From Candidatus Versatilivorator sp. (GTDB lineage Bacteria; Acidobacteriota; Terriglobia; Versatilivoradales; Versatilivoraceae): a stretch of DNA of 64,000 bases. Both the position numbers and the translations under genes were made by a program. Position 1 is the first letter of the stretch. Each line of letters opens with the position of its first letter. Of this stretch, positions 39,620 through 50,148 are shown in pieces. Under the pieces are notes generated by a model. That model was not told where the DNA came from, ran no database searches, and saw only the letters and a program-made list of their open reading frames with translations. The DNA lies in contig OZ242296.1 of the NCBI GenBank assembly GCA_965207735.1, positions 1,568,001 to 1,632,000 on the forward strand, given 5' to 3'.

Positions 39620-40000
39620 TCACTCCCGGGACGCCGAGCTTGCCCCCCTCCGGATCGACTGCGGGCTTCGCCCTTGTCTCTCCGACTCCCCCTCAAGGGG
39701 GGAGTGATACTTGAGGCCTGTAGAGGCCTTATTGCCCCATTCCTGGGCAGGATGTAAACCATGTTCCCGGTCTAATGTATAAACTCCGCTCCCGCTTCAT
39801 AACGCTGGTATCACTCCCCCCTTGAGGGGGAGTCGCAGAAGTCGAGCCGAATGGCGAAGGCTGATGCGGTGGGGGGTTCGCACAAGGCGAGCCAAAGGCG
39901 AGATCTTGTGCGCCGTAGCGGTAACCGCCGGCGTGCGTCGGTTGCGGTGGGCGAGTCGCAGAAGTCGAGCCGAATGGCGAAGGCTGATGCGGTGGGGGGC
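39620..40000. repeat. ~400-bp composite palindromic element, second copy
   Basis: Colinear with 12030-12422. Confidence 0.9.
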
Positions 40001-40038
40001 ATTCGCCTGGCCGCTTAGGACCGCACCGTCCCCACCCC

Positions 40039-41112
40039 TCAGCTCCCGTCAAGTCCCTTGGCCAGCTCTCCCGCCTTAAGGACATCCGCCAGCCGCCTGG
40101 CCAAGGTTAGAAAAGCCTTCACCTCATCCACCCGGGTTGCGAAGCAGGTGACCAATCGATAGTGGTCCCGGCTCCCCGGCCAGAGATGGAACTCGTAGCC
40201 CGACTCCTTCAAGCCATCGGCCAATGGGGGCGGCATCCTGACGAAGACTTCGTTGGCCTCCACCGGATAGAGCACCTCCACGCCGGCCAGCCGGCCAAGA
40301 CCTGCCGAAAGCGCATCCGCCGCCCGGTTGGCCCGCCTGGCCAGTTGCAGCCACAGGTCGTCCTTGAGATAGGTCTCCAGTTGAACCGACATGAAGCGCA
40401 TCTTGCTGAAGAGATGCCCGGCGCGCTTGTGACGGCGAGCCAGGCCCGCGGCCCGGTCGCTGTTGAAGACCACCACCGCCTCGGCAGCCATGGCGCCGTT
40501 CTTGGTGGCCCCGAAGGAAAGGATGTCGACGCCGGCCTTCCAGGTCAGTTCAGCGGGTGTGCAACCCAGTCTTTGCACGGCATTGGCGAGGCGGGCACCA
40601 TCCATGTGCAGCCCCATTCCCCCACCGCGGGCAATCCGGGAAATCTCTCGGATCTCATCCGGCTTGTAGACGGTTCCCAACTCGGTCGCCTGGCTGAGGC
40701 TGACGGCGCTGGGCTGACTCTCATGGATCCCCATCTCCTCCATCTTGGCCAGGGCGGTTTGCAGGGTCCGAGGGCAGATCTTGGCCAGTTCCCCGGACAG
40801 TGGAATCACCTTGGCGCCCCCGCTGTAGAACTCGGGGCCCCCGCACTCGTCGGAATGGAGGTGGGCCTCGTGGTGGCAGAAGACGGCACCGTAGGCGGGC
40901 GCCAGTTGGGCGATGGACAAGGAGTTGGCCGCCGTACCCGTCGCAACCGGGAAGACCTCCAGGTCTGTCTCGAAGGTCTCCCGAAAGCGTTCTCTCATCC
41001 CGGAAGTCATCCCGTCCTCTCCATAGGCATAGGCGTGACCTGAGTTGGCCTCCTGAACAGCCGCCAGGATTTCGGGCGCCGCCGGCGATTCGTTGTCACT
41101 GCGAAAATTCAT
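40039..41112 (-). CDS. ltaE: Low-specificity L-threonine aldolase
   Basis: NFRSDN, TGTAAN, LHMDGARLANA, SFGATKNG, SKMRF. Confidence 0.9.
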   Translation of the reverse strand: MNFRSDNESPAAPEILAAVQEANSGHAYAYGEDGMTSGMRERFRETFETDLEVFPVATGTAANSLSIAQLAPAYGAVFCHHEAHLHSDECGGPEFYSGGAKVIPLSGELAKICPRTLQTALAKMEEMGIHESQPSAVSLSQATELGTVYKPDEIREISRIARGGGMGLHMDGARLANAVQRLGCTPAELTWKAGVDILSFGATKNGAMAAEAVVVFNSDRAAGLARRHKRAGHLFSKMRFMSVQLETYLKDDLWLQLARRANRAADALSAGLGRLAGVEVLYPVEANEVFVRMPPPLADGLKESGYEFHLWPGSRDHYRLVTCFATRVDEVKAFLTLARRLADVLKAGELAKGLDGS

Positions 41113-41143
41113 CGTGCTCGATCTCCCCTTGCGGTTCCAACAA

Positions 41144-42394
41144 TCACAGGTGAAACAACCCTCGGGGAAACTTGTTGAGGACCTCGACTCCGTCGGCAGT
41201 CAGGTAGCAGAGATCGGCGATGGGATTGATCATGAGCGTTCCCCCGGGCTCTCCCAGACAGACGTGCAGCACGAATACATGGCCCGGCTGAAGCACTTCC
41301 CGGCTCCCGGCCAGCAGAAAGGGACGTTCCGAATAGTCGAGGCCCTGGCCATGTCCGATCCGGCCGCCCTGGATCTCATACCCGAACCGGGCCGCGGTCC
41401 GGTTGCCGACCTCAATCAACTCACCGATGGGGAATCCGGGGCGAATGAGCCCGAGCACCTCGTCCTGCACCTGCAGGTTGGCTTCCACCATCTCGGCGGC
41501 CGCCTTGTCCAGGATCGGTCCGATGGTGCCCGCCCGGTCGCTCTGGATCCAGTAACCCTTGTAGACCACATAGGCGTTGACATTGATGTAGTCGCCGCGG
41601 TTCAGGCGCCAATCGTGGCATTTGACCGACAGTTTGCCCGCCTTCATATCGCTTCCCGGGGCGGTATGCATGCAGTGGTAGACAAAGTCGGCCCCCTGCT
41701 GCCTGGCCGCGGCGTCCATCTCGGCGGTGAGCTCATACCCCCACATCCCCGCCTTGAGGACTTCCGCCATTCGTTGATAGCTTCCATCGGAGATCTCCGC
41801 CGTGCGCCGCAACAAAGCGGCTTCCTCCGGCGTCTTGAACTGTCGGAGCTCGGCCACGATGTCGGGCGCCTCCGCAATTCCGGCCGGGATGTTCCGCTCC
41901 AGATCGCGGTAGAGGGTCACAGGCATGGCTTCGATCCCCGCAATGGCGAGGGGCCGCCGATCGAGGCCTTCGGTCTTCAAGAGGCGTGCGATTTCGGCTC
42001 CAAAGCTGCGCGCTCCCCGGGTGGCGACTTCTCCACCTACGCTGGAGTCGAAGGCGCGGGAGATCGCCCGAGGATCGGGAGAGCTCACCAGGTGCACCTG
42101 GCCGATCCAGGACACCTCCTCGATCTGGTCCAGCATGTACTCCACGCCCGCCACCAGCAGCGCCGCCTCGCCCTGGCTGGGGACCAGCACCATGACGTCG
42201 GTGATGCGGTCCAGGTTGGACCAGTTGGTGAGATAGCCGACGTGCCCGGTCTGATTCCACTGGTGAATCTTGGGTGCGGAGTAGACCACCACTCCGGCCA
42301 GGTCGCGGTCTCTGGCAAAATCGCGAACCCTCTCAATCCGCCGCTCGAACTCCGAACGGGGAATCTCGTGCTCTTCTTTCTTCCACATGGCCAT
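41144..42394 (-). CDS. M24 (Xaa-Pro peptidase/creatinase fold) family protein
   Basis: Creatinase_N-like start EFERRIERVR, RQFKTPEE, GHGQGLD. Confidence 0.82.
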   Translation of the reverse strand: MAMWKKEEHEIPRSEFERRIERVRDFARDRDLAGVVVYSAPKIHQWNQTGHVGYLTNWSNLDRITDVMVLVPSQGEAALLVAGVEYMLDQIEEVSWIGQVHLVSSPDPRAISRAFDSSVGGEVATRGARSFGAEIARLLKTEGLDRRPLAIAGIEAMPVTLYRDLERNIPAGIAEAPDIVAELRQFKTPEEAALLRRTAEISDGSYQRMAEVLKAGMWGYELTAEMDAAARQQGADFVYHCMHTAPGSDMKAGKLSVKCHDWRLNRGDYINVNAYVVYKGYWIQSDRAGTIGPILDKAAAEMVEANLQVQDEVLGLIRPGFPIGELIEVGNRTAARFGYEIQGGRIGHGQGLDYSERPFLLAGSREVLQPGHVFVLHVCLGEPGGTLMINPIADLCYLTADGVEVLNKFPRGLFHL

Positions 42395-42727
42395 CTCTAT
42401 CGGTAGAAACCCGTACCGCAAACGCCTGTTTGCTCCGGGAGTTGGGAATTTGACAGCGACGTCGGGTGAAGGGCTCCCGAAAGGCGGACACCCTCCCGCC
42501 GCATCTCATACCGACCTCGATACTATTACAGACGGAGAACGCTAACAACCGCGAGGCCACCGCGGGTTGGGGAATCGGCAGGACAAGGGTGAAGCCTGCA
42601 GTCGAGCCGGTTGGGGGAAGAAAACGCCTTGCCTCGTGATTTACAGGACACACTTGCATGGAAGAACAGGATATGCAGGATGGTCTTTGGAAGTCTGACG
42701 TCCTGTAATCCCAGGCATCAAATGAAT

Positions 42728-42907
42728 AATGAACATGGATGCACAGGATGCACAGGATTTTTTCAGGAGACGGCTAGCTTGTAATCCTCGCCATCTGCAA
42801 ATCCGCACCGGGTCATCGCCCGAGCCGGCTTCTCGTGCAGGAAGCCTTCATCCTGTTCGTCCTGTTCATCCTGTTCATCCTGTTCATCCTGTTCATCGAT
42901 GTTCATT
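42728..42907. repeat. Inverted-repeat element of 9-nt tandem units (CATCCTGTT)n
   Basis: AATGAACATGGATGCACAGGATGCACAGGAT ... five ~CATCCTGTT units then CATCGATGTTCATT. Confidence 0.88.
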
Positions 42908-43005
42908 TTGATGGATAACCAGATTCTTTTCCGGAACCCTCCCCAACCCCTTGGTGGCCCTTCGTCGTTCTTCGTGGCCCTTCGTGGATAACTCTTTTCC
43001 CACAC

Positions 43006-43037
43006 AAAAAAGGGGTCTGGAAAATCCAGACCCCTTT
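43006..43037 (-). terminator. Rho-independent terminator of hsp20
   Basis: AAAGGGGTCTGGA-TTT-TCCAGACCCCTTTTTT on the minus strand, ~30 bp past the stop. Confidence 0.85.
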
Positions 43038-43069
43038 CAGGAATGGCGCCGTCGCGCCAAGCGGCGGAT

Positions 43070-43540
43070 TCAGGCGGTGGCTTTCAGCTTCCTGCCTCCG
43101 AGAGCCTTGACCTCGATTTTCTTCGGCAGGGCGGCCGGAGCCAGGGGCACCGTGATTTCCAGGACTCCGTTTTGGAAGGAAGCCGAGATCCTGTTCAGGT
43201 CGGTTCCCTTCGGCAAAAGCAGGTGCTGCTCGTACTTGCCGTAAGAGAAGCCCCGCACATGCCAGTCGTCCCGGTTGACATCGGCCGGCTCCTTGCGCTC
43301 CACCTGGACCGTCAGCCTGCCGTCGACTGCCGAAAGATCGACGTCCGCCGAATCCACGCCCGGCAGAGCCAGCCGGTAGACATGCCGCCCGTCCCTCTCG
43401 AAGGCTTCGAGCTCGGGACGAAAGGCTCTGACGCTCGGCAAGAGCCGGATGTCGCGATTCCAGGCATCGTTGAAGAATCGATCGACCTGCCGATCGAATG
43501 AGGGAAAGTCGTTAAACAGCCTTCTTGAAAGTGCTAACAT
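43070..43540 (-). CDS. Hsp20/alpha-crystallin small heat shock protein
   Basis: LPGVD, YGKYEQ, ISASFQNGVLEITVP; AGGAGG SD. Confidence 0.93.
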   Translation of the reverse strand: MLALSRRLFNDFPSFDRQVDRFFNDAWNRDIRLLPSVRAFRPELEAFERDGRHVYRLALPGVDSADVDLSAVDGRLTVQVERKEPADVNRDDWHVRGFSYGKYEQHLLLPKGTDLNRISASFQNGVLEITVPLAPAALPKKIEVKALGGRKLKATA

Positions 43541-43770
43541 TTGGACACCTCCTGAGTTTGGGTTTTGTTGCTTCGGTCCTGACTGTGACCTCTCAACTTC
43601 GTTTCACTGAATATGTAAGATCGGAGTTCCGTCCTGTCAAAGTGCCGGACGCATTGATGCGAAAATTCCGCTCGTGCCGGCCGGGCTGATGGCCTTCGAC
43701 GAGCCCGGAGGTTCAAGAAGCAATCCATTAGGGTATTCGAGAAATTCCTGGCGGAACACGGAGGAGTGCA

Positions 43771-45033
43771 ATGGTGTGGAAAACGCTTCCAGCCCTGGTC
43801 ATCGGCCTTATTCTTCTGCAGCAGTCGCAGGCCGGAAACTGGCCCCAATGGAGGGGCCCCACGCTTGACGGCATCAGTCCCGAGAAGGCTTTGCCTGTCT
43901 CCTGGGACAGGCAGACCAACATCACCTGGGAGCTGGCGCTGCCCGAATTCAGCGGTTCCACCCCCATTATCTGGGGAGATTCAATTTTTCTGAACGTGGC
44001 TGACGGCGCCGACCTCTACCTGTGGTGCGTCGACCGCGAGAATGGTGAGGTGAGATGGAAGCGGAGCCTGGGGCAGGGAAACGTCAAGATGCGCAAGCAG
44101 AACATGTCCTCCCCTTCCCCGGTCACCGACGGCCAATCGGTCTTTGTCATGACCGGGACCGGCATCCTCAAGTCATTCACCCTGGACGGAGAGCCGCTGT
44201 GGAACCGCGACATCCAGAAGGACTACGGAAAGTTCGGACTCAACCACGGCTACGCCTCCTCTCCGCTGCTCCACAAGGGCGACCTGTTCATCCAGGTCCT
44301 GCATGGAATGAAGACCGACGATCCTTCCTACGTCCTGCGAGTCGACGGCAGCAATGGCAAGACCTTATGGAAGGTGGAACGGCCCACCGACGCCATCCAT
44401 GAATCGCCCGACTCCTACACCACTCCGACCCTGGCGTCCACCGCCAAGGGCTTGGAACTGGTGATCACCGGAGGGGACAGCGCCACCGGCCATGACCTGG
44501 AAACGGGTCGGGAACTATGGCGGGTGAACGGGTTCAATCCCACCAACAACCGTTACTTTCGGGTGGTTGCCTCCCCGGTGGTTGCCGGCGGCCTGATCTA
44601 CGTGCCCACCCGGGTGAAGCCCTTGATGGCCATTCGACCGGGCGGCCGCGGAGACGTCAGCCAGAGCCATCGGGTCTGGTCGTTCGAGAACGGCCCCGAC
44701 GTCCCCACGCCGGTTTCCGACGGCACCTTCTTCTACTCCGTCAGCGACAAGGGAATCATGTGGTGCCTGGATGCCAAGAGCGGAAGGCAGGTCTGGGGCG
44801 GGGTGCGGCTCAAGCCGGGGACCTACAGCTCCTCACCGGTGTTGGCCGACGGCAAGATCTACGTGAGCAACGAGGACGGGGTGACGACCGTGGTCATGGC
44901 CGGGCCCCATTTTCGGATCCTGTCGGAAAACCCACTGGACGACTACTGCCTGAGTTCTCCGGCCATTTCCGACGGCCAGATCTTCATCAGGACCGCCGAG
45001 CGCCTGTTCTGCATCGGCGAGCGGCGGCGCTGA
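43771..45033 (+). CDS. PQQ-like beta-propeller repeat protein (secreted)
   Basis: NWPQWRGP start, repeated SSP..W motifs, [14 protein letters not shown] end. Confidence 0.88.
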   Translation: MVWKTLPALVIGLILLQQSQAGNWPQWRGPTLDGISPEKALPVSWDRQTNITWELALPEFSGSTPIIWGDSIFLNVADGADLYLWCVDRENGEVRWKRSLGQGNVKMRKQNMSSPSPVTDGQSVFVMTGTGILKSFTLDGEPLWNRDIQKDYGKFGLNHGYASSPLLHKGDLFIQVLHGMKTDDPSYVLRVDGSNGKTLWKVERPTDAIHESPDSYTTPTLASTAKGLELVITGGDSATGHDLETGRELWRVNGFNPTNNRYFRVVASPVVAGGLIYVPTRVKPLMAIRPGGRGDVSQSHRVWSFENGPDVPTPVSDGTFFYSVSDKGIMWCLDAKSGRQVWGGVRLKPGTYSSSPVLADGKIYVSNEDGVTTVVMAGPHFRILSENPLDDYCLSSPAISDGQIFIRTAERLFCIGERRR

Positions 45034-45102
45034 CCTCTCCGGCGCCGCGCCCAGCAACCATTCTCCAAAGGAACGGGCCTGCCCGGGCGATGGAATCGCG
45101 AA

Positions 45103-46008
45103 TTATTCCCATCGCTTGGCGTGGGCGACAAAGTCGAAGTCCACGTACTCCTTCCAACGCTCTATCAATCGCAACGTGCAGGGTCCCGGCCTGCCGTCTC
45201 CGATCGGCTGCCCGTTGAAACGGGTGACCGGCATCATGCAAAGCGAGGTGGAGGTCATGAAGGCCTCGTCCGCCGTGGTTGCATGGTAGGGTTGGATATC
45301 CGTCTCCCTGACGGTCATACCCAGTCCGCGGGCCAACTCGATGGTGGTCAGCCGGCTCACTCCCTGCAGGATGTTCCTTTCGCTGGGGGTCAACACCTCT
45401 CCTCGATTCACCACGAAGAAATTCCAGCCCGTACCCTCGGCCAGGTTTCCCTGGTGGTCCAGCATCAGGGCCAAGGCTTCCGGATCGATCAGCCGGGCCT
45501 CGGCGTCGGCCAGTGAGAAGTGCAGGCGGCTGCGGTACTTGATCTTGGGATCGACGGTCAGCGGGTGCATGTGGCGCGTCGGCGGCGTCACCACGTGCAG
45601 TCCCTTGTCGTAGTAGTCCGCCTTTGCCTTCAGGCCCGGAGACAGAGGATAGAAATACATCACGAAGGTCGACTCGGTGGGGGGCAACACCAGCCCCATT
45701 CGACCGCGGCTGACCAGGTGCCCCACTCCGCCTTCGTCACCTTCTTCCAGGGTCGGCAAATTGTCCTCCAGGAACTTCTGGGTCACCCGATCCAGTTCCT
45801 CCGTAGTCAGGCTGAACTTCATCCTGGCCGCCTTGATGGAGCGAAGCAGGCGGTCTCGGTGCTCCGGCCAGCGAAACAGCTTGTGATGGAAGGTTCGGGC
45901 CGTCTCGATCACGGAATCCCCAATCAGGACCGCGCTGTCGAAAATCGATATCCTGGCTTCCTCTTCCGGAACCATCTCCCCGTTGACGTAGACTTGCCTC
46001 TGTTTCAT
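45103..46008 (-). CDS. Class IV PLP aminotransferase (branched-chain/D-amino acid/ADC lyase-like)
   Basis: ARISIFD, GDSVIETART, AEGTGWNFF, ILQGVSR, ADEAFMTST; GGAGG SD before 46008. Confidence 0.9.
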   Translation of the reverse strand: MKQRQVYVNGEMVPEEEARISIFDSAVLIGDSVIETARTFHHKLFRWPEHRDRLLRSIKAARMKFSLTTEELDRVTQKFLEDNLPTLEEGDEGGVGHLVSRGRMGLVLPPTESTFVMYFYPLSPGLKAKADYYDKGLHVVTPPTRHMHPLTVDPKIKYRSRLHFSLADAEARLIDPEALALMLDHQGNLAEGTGWNFFVVNRGEVLTPSERNILQGVSRLTTIELARGLGMTVRETDIQPYHATTADEAFMTSTSLCMMPVTRFNGQPIGDGRPGPCTLRLIERWKEYVDFDFVAHAKRWE

Positions 46009-46262
46009 CTCACCCTCCCATGGTCGCCTTGAATCCACCCGGAGCACTCTTAGAAAAAGGCCGCCGGCAGGAAAGCCCGCCGGCGCCGCCAAGGGCCGGT
46101 CTGAAACCCCGTCCGCAGTTGACTCCACCCGATCCGTGCCCTAACATTCCGCCGTTGACGGCCCCAAGCCCAATAACCCGCAATAGTACGACAGTCCACC
46201 GGTAGTTGCACCAAGTCCCGGACTCACTTCCACAAAAAGCGGGGCTGCCTTCAGGAATCCAC

Positions 46263-47135
46263 ATGCGTATTCTATTGACCGGCTCCAGCGGCCGAATAGG
46301 CCGCAACCTCTTGCTGGACGGCCTGGCCGATCGCCACCGGATCACGGCCTTCGACTGGGCGCCGCCCCCGACCCGGTTGGACAACGTCCGCTACGTGGCC
46401 GGCAGTATCCTGGACCGCAAGGACCTTTCCGATGCCATGCAGGGTGCCGAGGCCGTCATCCACCTGGCCGCCATTCCCTACGACATCCCTCCCCTGCACC
46501 AGGTGTTCCAGATCAACGTGCAGGGCACCTACCATGCGCTGGAGTTGGCGGTCGAGCATGGGGTACGCCACTTCCTGCATGCCTCCAGTCTGATGGCCTA
46601 TGGCTTCGGCCGCAACGCCGAGGCGCAATATCTGCCTATCGACGAGGACCACCCGGCGGCCTCCCACGACACTTACGGGGTCGGCAAGCTGCTCACCGAG
46701 TCTCTGTGCCGGGCCTTCACCGACAAGTTCGGCCTGCGCACCCTCTGCTTTCGCCTCACCCATTTCACGGCATTCCTTCGCCCCTACGGAGACCGTTTTC
46801 CCTACGACGACGACTCGGGAATCCAGGGATTGCACGAGTACATCGAGTCCCGGGACCTGGTGGGACTGTTGGAGGCGGCTCTGGCTTCCGAGCAGGTTCA
46901 GCACGACGTGTTTCTGGCCTCGGGCCCCGATTCCGGCCATGTGCTGCCCACCCCGGAGGTCATCCGGAAGTACCATCCCCAGGCGGAACTGCGCTACGGC
47001 CGTCTGGAACCCACATCCCCTTTCATTTCCATGGAGAAAAGCCGCCGGCTGTTGGGCTTCACCCCCAGCTTCAGTTGGAGGGAATACGGATTGACCCGGG
47101 AGGGACTGGTCAATCGCCCGCCCTCACCGGAGTGA
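46263..47135 (+). CDS. NAD-dependent epimerase/dehydratase
   Basis: LLTGSSGRIG, IHLAA, YGVGK. Confidence 0.88.
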   Translation: MRILLTGSSGRIGRNLLLDGLADRHRITAFDWAPPPTRLDNVRYVAGSILDRKDLSDAMQGAEAVIHLAAIPYDIPPLHQVFQINVQGTYHALELAVEHGVRHFLHASSLMAYGFGRNAEAQYLPIDEDHPAASHDTYGVGKLLTESLCRAFTDKFGLRTLCFRLTHFTAFLRPYGDRFPYDDDSGIQGLHEYIESRDLVGLLEAALASEQVQHDVFLASGPDSGHVLPTPEVIRKYHPQAELRYGRLEPTSPFISMEKSRRLLGFTPSFSWREYGLTREGLVNRPPSPE

Positions 47136-47357
47136 AGCAGACAAGTCCGGCCCCTGCCCTCTCACGAAGAACGGATCATCCGAGGGTGAAACAGGGGGCC
47201 TTCATCTTCTTCGGTGAGTAGGGAAATGTTTCGTTACACCGGTTGGCTGCATTAGAAAACATCGATGCCTTAGTAGCCCTTCGTCGTTCTTAGTGGAAAA
47301 CTCCTTTTTATTTTGTTTCAGGAGAGCCGGTCTCCGGGGCCTCGCGCTTTCGGCCCT

Positions 47358-47475
47358 CTGCTGTCGCCGCCTTCGCGGCTCGACGTGGAGCTACCCCTTT
47401 CCATGGGCTCACGCCCACGGCTACCTGCTGCCGCCGCTCCGCGGCTCAATGGGTCGCCCGGGCGTTCGCCCGAGG
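47358..47475. repeat. REP-like repeat (CCATGGGCTCACGCCCACGGCTA family)
   Basis: Matches 9864-9984. Confidence 0.85.
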
Positions 47476-47494
47476 ACTATCAATTACTAAAAAG

Positions 47495-47675
47495 TCCGGC
47501 CCCTTCCCTGCCGGGCAGATCATCCGAGGGTGAAACAATCGGAAATCGATAGTCCTCTCGCGACCTTGGCACCCCGTCGCGGCCAACCTCAGCGCCTTAG
47601 TGGCCCTTCGTCGTTCTTCGTGTCCCTTCGTGGATAAGTCTTTTTCTTTGTCTTTTGTCGGTTGTTTCAGACAAG
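47495..47675 (-). repeat. CACGAA-family element copy (reverse); a degenerate copy lies at ~47143-47305
   Basis: Reverse complement colinear with 35891-36072. Confidence 0.9.
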
Positions 47676-47693
47676 ACAAGACCCCCCACCGCC

Positions 47694-47722
47694 TTGAAGA
47701 TGGCGGCCGGTTCCCATACAAT
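47694..47722 (+). promoter_or_regulatory. Putative sigma70-type promoter for otsAB
   Basis: TTGAAG-17 bp-TACAAT, ~84 bp upstream of the ATG. Confidence 0.5.
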
Positions 47723-47805
47723 GAGGTGGCTGGCCGTTCCATCGGCGGGCCCCCTCTCACTCCGGCAGCTCACTCCGCCGCCGTCCCCGACTCGATCATT
47801 CAACC

Positions 47806-50001
47806 ATGAGCAGACTCCTGATCGTTTCCAACCGACTACCTATAACGGTGAAGTCGGAGCAGGGCAAGATCCACGTGAGCGAGTCCATTGGAGGCTTGGC
47901 TGCAGGACTGCGCGGCCCTCACCAATCGGGGGAATCCCTGTGGGTGGGTTGGCCGGGTGAAGTCCCGCCCGAGGCAGACCAGCGGTCCTATCTGGAAAAG
48001 GAGTTGGCGGATCTCCGGGCGGTGCCGGTCTACCTCACCCAGAGCGAGATCAACCGATACTACGAGGCCTTCTCCAATGGCGTGCTCTGGCCTCTGTTTC
48101 ACTATCAGACAGACCTGATTCAACGGGACGCCTGGCGGCACTGGGAGATCTACCGGGAGGTCAACCGACACTTTGCCGAAGTGGTCGCCCGGGAATACCG
48201 AACCGGCGACCTGGTTTGGGTGCACGATTATCAGCTCACGCTGGTGCCCGCCATGTTGCGGCGCCTGCTTCCCCAGGCCAGAATCGGATTCTTCCTGCAC
48301 ATCCCCTTCCCCTCCTCCGAGGTCTTCCGGATTCTCCCCTGGCGCAGCCAGATGCTGGAGGGCATCCTGGGAGCCGATCTGATCGGATTCCACACCTTCT
48401 CCTACATGCGGCATTTCGCGCGGGCCATTTTGCTGGTTCTGGGCGTGGAATCCCAGGGCGAAATGCTGACCTTCGAGGAACGAAAGATCCTCATGGGCGT
48501 CTTCCCCATCGGAGTTGACGCCGCCGAATTCGGCCGGCTGGCCGACCGGGAATCGGTGCTGGCCAAGGTGGAGGCCGTTCGGCAGGAGTGCGGAGGGCGC
48601 AAGCTGATCCTGGGGGTGGACCGTCTCGACTACACCAAGGGACTGCCACGGCGCATGCTGGCCATGGATCGATTGCTGGAGCGGGAACCCGGATTGAGGG
48701 ACAAGGTGCGCATGATTCAGATTGTGGTGCCCTCTCGCACCAGGGTCGACTCCTATGAGCAATACCGTCAGAATCTGGACGAGCTGGTGGGTCGGATCAA
48801 CGGCGCCCACGCAACTACAAACTCGGTACCCATACATTACCTCTACCGCTCCATACCCCAAACCGAGCTGGTGGCGCTCTACCGCTCGGCCGACCTGATG
48901 CTGGTCACTCCCCTGCGGGACGGAATGAACCTGGTGGCCAAGGAGTTTGTGGCCTCCCGCACCGATGAAGACGGCATTCTGATGCTGAGCGAGTTTGCCG
49001 GGGCTGCCGAAGAGCTCCGGGAAGCCGTGTCCGTCAACCCCTACGACACCGACGGAGTGGCCACCACCATCAAGAACAGTCTTTCGCTGCCGGAGGAAGA
49101 ACGGCGGGCTCGCATGCGGGTATTGCGCAGTCGCGTGCTGACTTACGACTGCTACCACTGGGCGAACAGTTACATCAAGGCTCTCGAAACCGCTCCCGGA
49201 GTCACCACCCAACCCCTGGAGGCGCAGTCGGCCCACGCCAGGACGGAGGCAATGCTGGAGCGACTGAGCGGCTCCGACCGCTTGCTGCTGCTGCTGGATT
49301 ACGACGGCACCCTGGTTCCCCTGGCCAGCTCACCCCTTTTGGCCGTACCCGACCCCGACGTGAAGAAGCTGCTCAAGGCCCTGGCGGCGCGGCCCGGCAC
49401 CGCCGTTCACATTGTCAGCGGCCGTCCGGCCCCGGTCCTGGAGAGCTGGCTGGGTGAAATGCCCATCGGACTGCATGCCGAGCATGGCTTCTGGTCCCGC
49501 CCGGAACCGGGAAGCCCCTGGCAGCGCAACAGCCCGGACGACTCCAAGTGGAAAGAGGTCATTCTTCCCATTCTGGAGCAGTTCGCCTCCTGGACACCGG
49601 GCTCTCTGATCGAGCGGAAGAGCGCGGGTCTGGCCTGGCATTACCGCATGGCCGACCCCGAGCTGGGCAATGCCCATGCCCAGGATCTCCAACACCGGAT
49701 CGAAGGGGTCTTGCCGGGTCTGTCCGCCGAAATGGTGATGGGCCACAAAGTGATCGAGGTGCGGGCCCAGGGCATTCACAAGGGCATGGTCGTCCCCTCG
49801 CTGGCAAAGGCGGGAGAAGGAGACTGGACCATCCTGGCGGTGGGAGACGACCGGTCCGACGAAGAGTTGTTCGCGGCCCTGCCGCCCGGGAGCTTTGCCA
49901 TCCACGTTGGCTCCGGCCAGAGCTGCGCCGGCTATCGACTGCCCGATCCGGCCGCGGTCCGGGATTTCCTCTCCCGGCTGCTTGAAGCCAAACCCCGCTG
50001 A
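47806..50001 (+). CDS. otsAB: Bifunctional trehalose-6-phosphate synthase/phosphatase (OtsA-OtsB fusion)
   Basis: [36 protein letters not shown], then HAD LDYDGTL and GDDRSDE. Confidence 0.95.
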   Translation: MSRLLIVSNRLPITVKSEQGKIHVSESIGGLAAGLRGPHQSGESLWVGWPGEVPPEADQRSYLEKELADLRAVPVYLTQSEINRYYEAFSNGVLWPLFHYQTDLIQRDAWRHWEIYREVNRHFAEVVAREYRTGDLVWVHDYQLTLVPAMLRRLLPQARIGFFLHIPFPSSEVFRILPWRSQMLEGILGADLIGFHTFSYMRHFARAILLVLGVESQGEMLTFEERKILMGVFPIGVDAAEFGRLADRESVLAKVEAVRQECGGRKLILGVDRLDYTKGLPRRMLAMDRLLEREPGLRDKVRMIQIVVPSRTRVDSYEQYRQNLDELVGRINGAHATTNSVPIHYLYRSIPQTELVALYRSADLMLVTPLRDGMNLVAKEFVASRTDEDGILMLSEFAGAAEELREAVSVNPYDTDGVATTIKNSLSLPEEERRARMRVLRSRVLTYDCYHWANSYIKALETAPGVTTQPLEAQSAHARTEAMLERLSGSDRLLLLLDYDGTLVPLASSPLLAVPDPDVKKLLKALAARPGTAVHIVSGRPAPVLESWLGEMPIGLHAEHGFWSRPEPGSPWQRNSPDDSKWKEVILPILEQFASWTPGSLIERKSAGLAWHYRMADPELGNAHAQDLQHRIEGVLPGLSAEMVMGHKVIEVRAQGIHKGMVVPSLAKAGEGDWTILAVGDDRSDEELFAALPPGSFAIHVGSGQSCAGYRLPDPAAVRDFLSRLLEAKPR

Positions 50002-50148
50002 CGATCGCTTCTCAGCGCCCGGGGCTACCTGCAGGCGCGGATACGCCGCTCCCCCCAAACCACGACACTGCCTGGGGACAGGATTTTCCAATGGGCTGTG
50101 TCCAGGCACTGATCCGCGGTTCCAGCGGAACCTCAAAGTGCCCGAAGC

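Noticed and set aside
42849-42900. Tandem CATCCTGTT repeats as a CRISPR array or a DEQ-repeat peptide
   Set aside because: 9-nt units with no spacers and no cas genes; the ORF is a by-product of the repeat
43515-43545. TTAGCACT at the hsp20 start as a CIRCE/HrcA operator
   Set aside because: Only a half site, inside codons 2-4; no GAGTGCTAA partner at 9-bp spacing
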